From: Collinsella sp.
Lineage (GTDB): Bacteria > Actinomycetota > Coriobacteriia > Coriobacteriales > Coriobacteriaceae
Assembly (NCBI GenBank): GCA_036298225.1
Contig: JAXJJM010000011.1
Location: 1,056-65,055 of the forward strand
Direction: 5' to 3'
Length of the DNA: 64,000 nt
In this document: positions 62,627 through 64,000 of the stretch, one piece after another
Layout of the letters: the number at the start of each line of letters is the position of its first letter
Position numbering within the stretch: position 1 is the first letter of the stretch
Notes under the pieces: model-generated
The model's input: only the letters and a program-made list of their open reading frames with translations
Told to the model about the DNA's origin: nothing
The model's database searches: none
Position numbers and translations under genes: made by a program

Positions 62627-63343
62627 ATGCTGCGTGCGATGATTGTGGATGATGAGGCGCCGGCTCGCTCGGAGCTTCGCTTCCTGCTCGAGCAAACGGG
62701 CAAGATCGGCACGATCACGGAGGCGTCGAGCGTCCGCTCCGCCATCGAGATGCTTATGGAAAGTCGCGTGGATGTCGTGTTTCTCGATATCTCGATGCCC
62801 GGTGCCTCGGGCCTGCAACTTGCCGAGGCGCTGCATAAGCTCAAAAATCCGCCGGCGATCGTGTTTGTGACTGCGTATAGTGACCATGCGGTCGAGGCAT
62901 TCGACGTGGATGCCGTCGATTATCTGATGAAGCCGGTCGAGGAAGCTCGCTTGGATCGCGCGATCGAGAAGGTCATGCAACGCGCCAAGCCGGTTACGGA
63001 CAGCAAGGTGACCATCGAGCGTATCCCGGTGGAAAAGGGCGGCCGCAAGGTGCTCATTCCCGTGGACGACATTCGCTTTATCATGGCCAAGGACGATTAC
63101 TCCTGCATCTATACCGTCGATGATCGCTTTTTGTCGACGACCTCGCTGGCGCAGTTTGAGGCCAAGCTCTGCGACTTTGGCTTCTTCCGTGTTCACCGCC
63201 GCTATATCGTCAACTTGGCGTGCGTTACGGACGTCGAGACGGTGCCCTCGGGCGCCATCCAGCTGGGCATTACGGGCGTCGACGAACGCGTGCCGGTTTC
63301 GCGCCGCCGCGTCGTGCCGCTCAAGAAGGCTCTGAGTCTCTAG
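62627..63343 (+). CDS. LytTR-family response regulator
   Basis: IVDDE, FLDISMP, DYLMKP, FFRVHRRYIVN, VPVSRR. Confidence 0.92.
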   Translation: MLRAMIVDDEAPARSELRFLLEQTGKIGTITEASSVRSAIEMLMESRVDVVFLDISMPGASGLQLAEALHKLKNPPAIVFVTAYSDHAVEAFDVDAVDYLMKPVEEARLDRAIEKVMQRAKPVTDSKVTIERIPVEKGGRKVLIPVDDIRFIMAKDDYSCIYTVDDRFLSTTSLAQFEAKLCDFGFFRVHRRYIVNLACVTDVETVPSGAIQLGITGVDERVPVSRRRVVPLKKALSL

Positions 63344-63438
63344 CACACTGGCCCCGCAGCCCTGTAGACCCATCGTCTGCGGAGCCGTGGGGCTTTTTTG
63401 TATGTATCTGCCGAATCGTTTTTTGCGGAAGGGATCCC

Positions 63439-63906
63439 ATGAACAGTGCAAGCGCCAAGCGTATCGACATTATCTCGGACACCCACGGCTATCTTTCGCC
63501 CGCGCTTCTGGACGAGCTCAAAGGCGCAGATCTGATCATCCACGCCGGAGACCTCACCTCAGAGATGGATTACGAGCATCTATGCACCATCGCTCCCGTG
63601 CGAGCGGTCCTAGGAAACAACGACTACTACCGCGACTACGGCCCGGATGTAGACCGTCTGGCCCTCTTCACCTACGAAGGCCTCAAATTCGCCGTAGCCC
63701 ACTACCGTGAAGACCTTCCGGTGGGATCCGTAGACGTAGCCATCAACGGTCACACCCACGTAACCAAAGAGGCCCAAGTAGGCCGCTGCCTGGTCCTCAA
63801 TCCCGGCAGCGCCAGCTACCCCAGAGGCACCAGAGGCCCCACCATGGCCAGAATGCTTGTCAAAGACGGTAAGATCCTGAGCACCAAGTTTATTGACCTA
63901 GAGTAA
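63439..63906 (+). CDS. YfcE-like metallophosphoesterase
   Basis: ISDTHG, HAGD, GNND, GHTH, NPGS motifs. Confidence 0.9.
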   Translation: MNSASAKRIDIISDTHGYLSPALLDELKGADLIIHAGDLTSEMDYEHLCTIAPVRAVLGNNDYYRDYGPDVDRLALFTYEGLKFAVAHYREDLPVGSVDVAINGHTHVTKEAQVGRCLVLNPGSASYPRGTRGPTMARMLVKDGKILSTKFIDLE

Positions 63907-64000
63907 ACGCAACAAAAACGGGGGATGCACAACGCATCCTCCGTTTCCATTTGGGCCAAAGGCGGTAGTTCAACAAGGTCCATCAGACCAACCCCGCCGA

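Noticed and set aside
63947..63999. Possible end of a structured RNA at the window edge
   Set aside because: Too short and truncated to assign.

Overview
GC-rich bacterial chromosomal window. Gene content suggests a Coriobacteriia gut anaerobe such as Collinsella (inference, no database search). Core content: a TetR/DUF5692/Fe-S flavoprotein/hypA cluster, a mannose-family PTS operon, tRNA-Arg(CCT), the actinobacterial Ser/Thr signalling and cell-wall operon (kinase-fhaA-fhaB-pstP-rodA/pbpA fusion-pknB), dnaX...ybaB-recR, a second kinase/FHA module, pyruvate:ferredoxin oxidoreductase, carbamate kinase, an APC permease plus amidohydrolase, and two LytS/LytTR two-component systems. There are two visibly AT-richer accessory blocks: a membrane double-LuxR/secreted protein/ABC cluster (22.9-28.7 kb) and a ~6.2 kb island (38.55-44.74 kb) bracketed by a diverged ~550 bp duplication. 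The main finding is in that island: a radical SAM/SPASM maturase followed by two tandem Cys/Asp-rich precursor peptides sharing an MKHIHP leader with repeated CX(2-4)D motifs (one, 59 aa, is absent from the ORF track), a 35-aa membrane peptide, an ABC exporter and a decayed methyltransferase. This is a candidate freyrasin-like ranthipeptide (RiPP) gene cluster.
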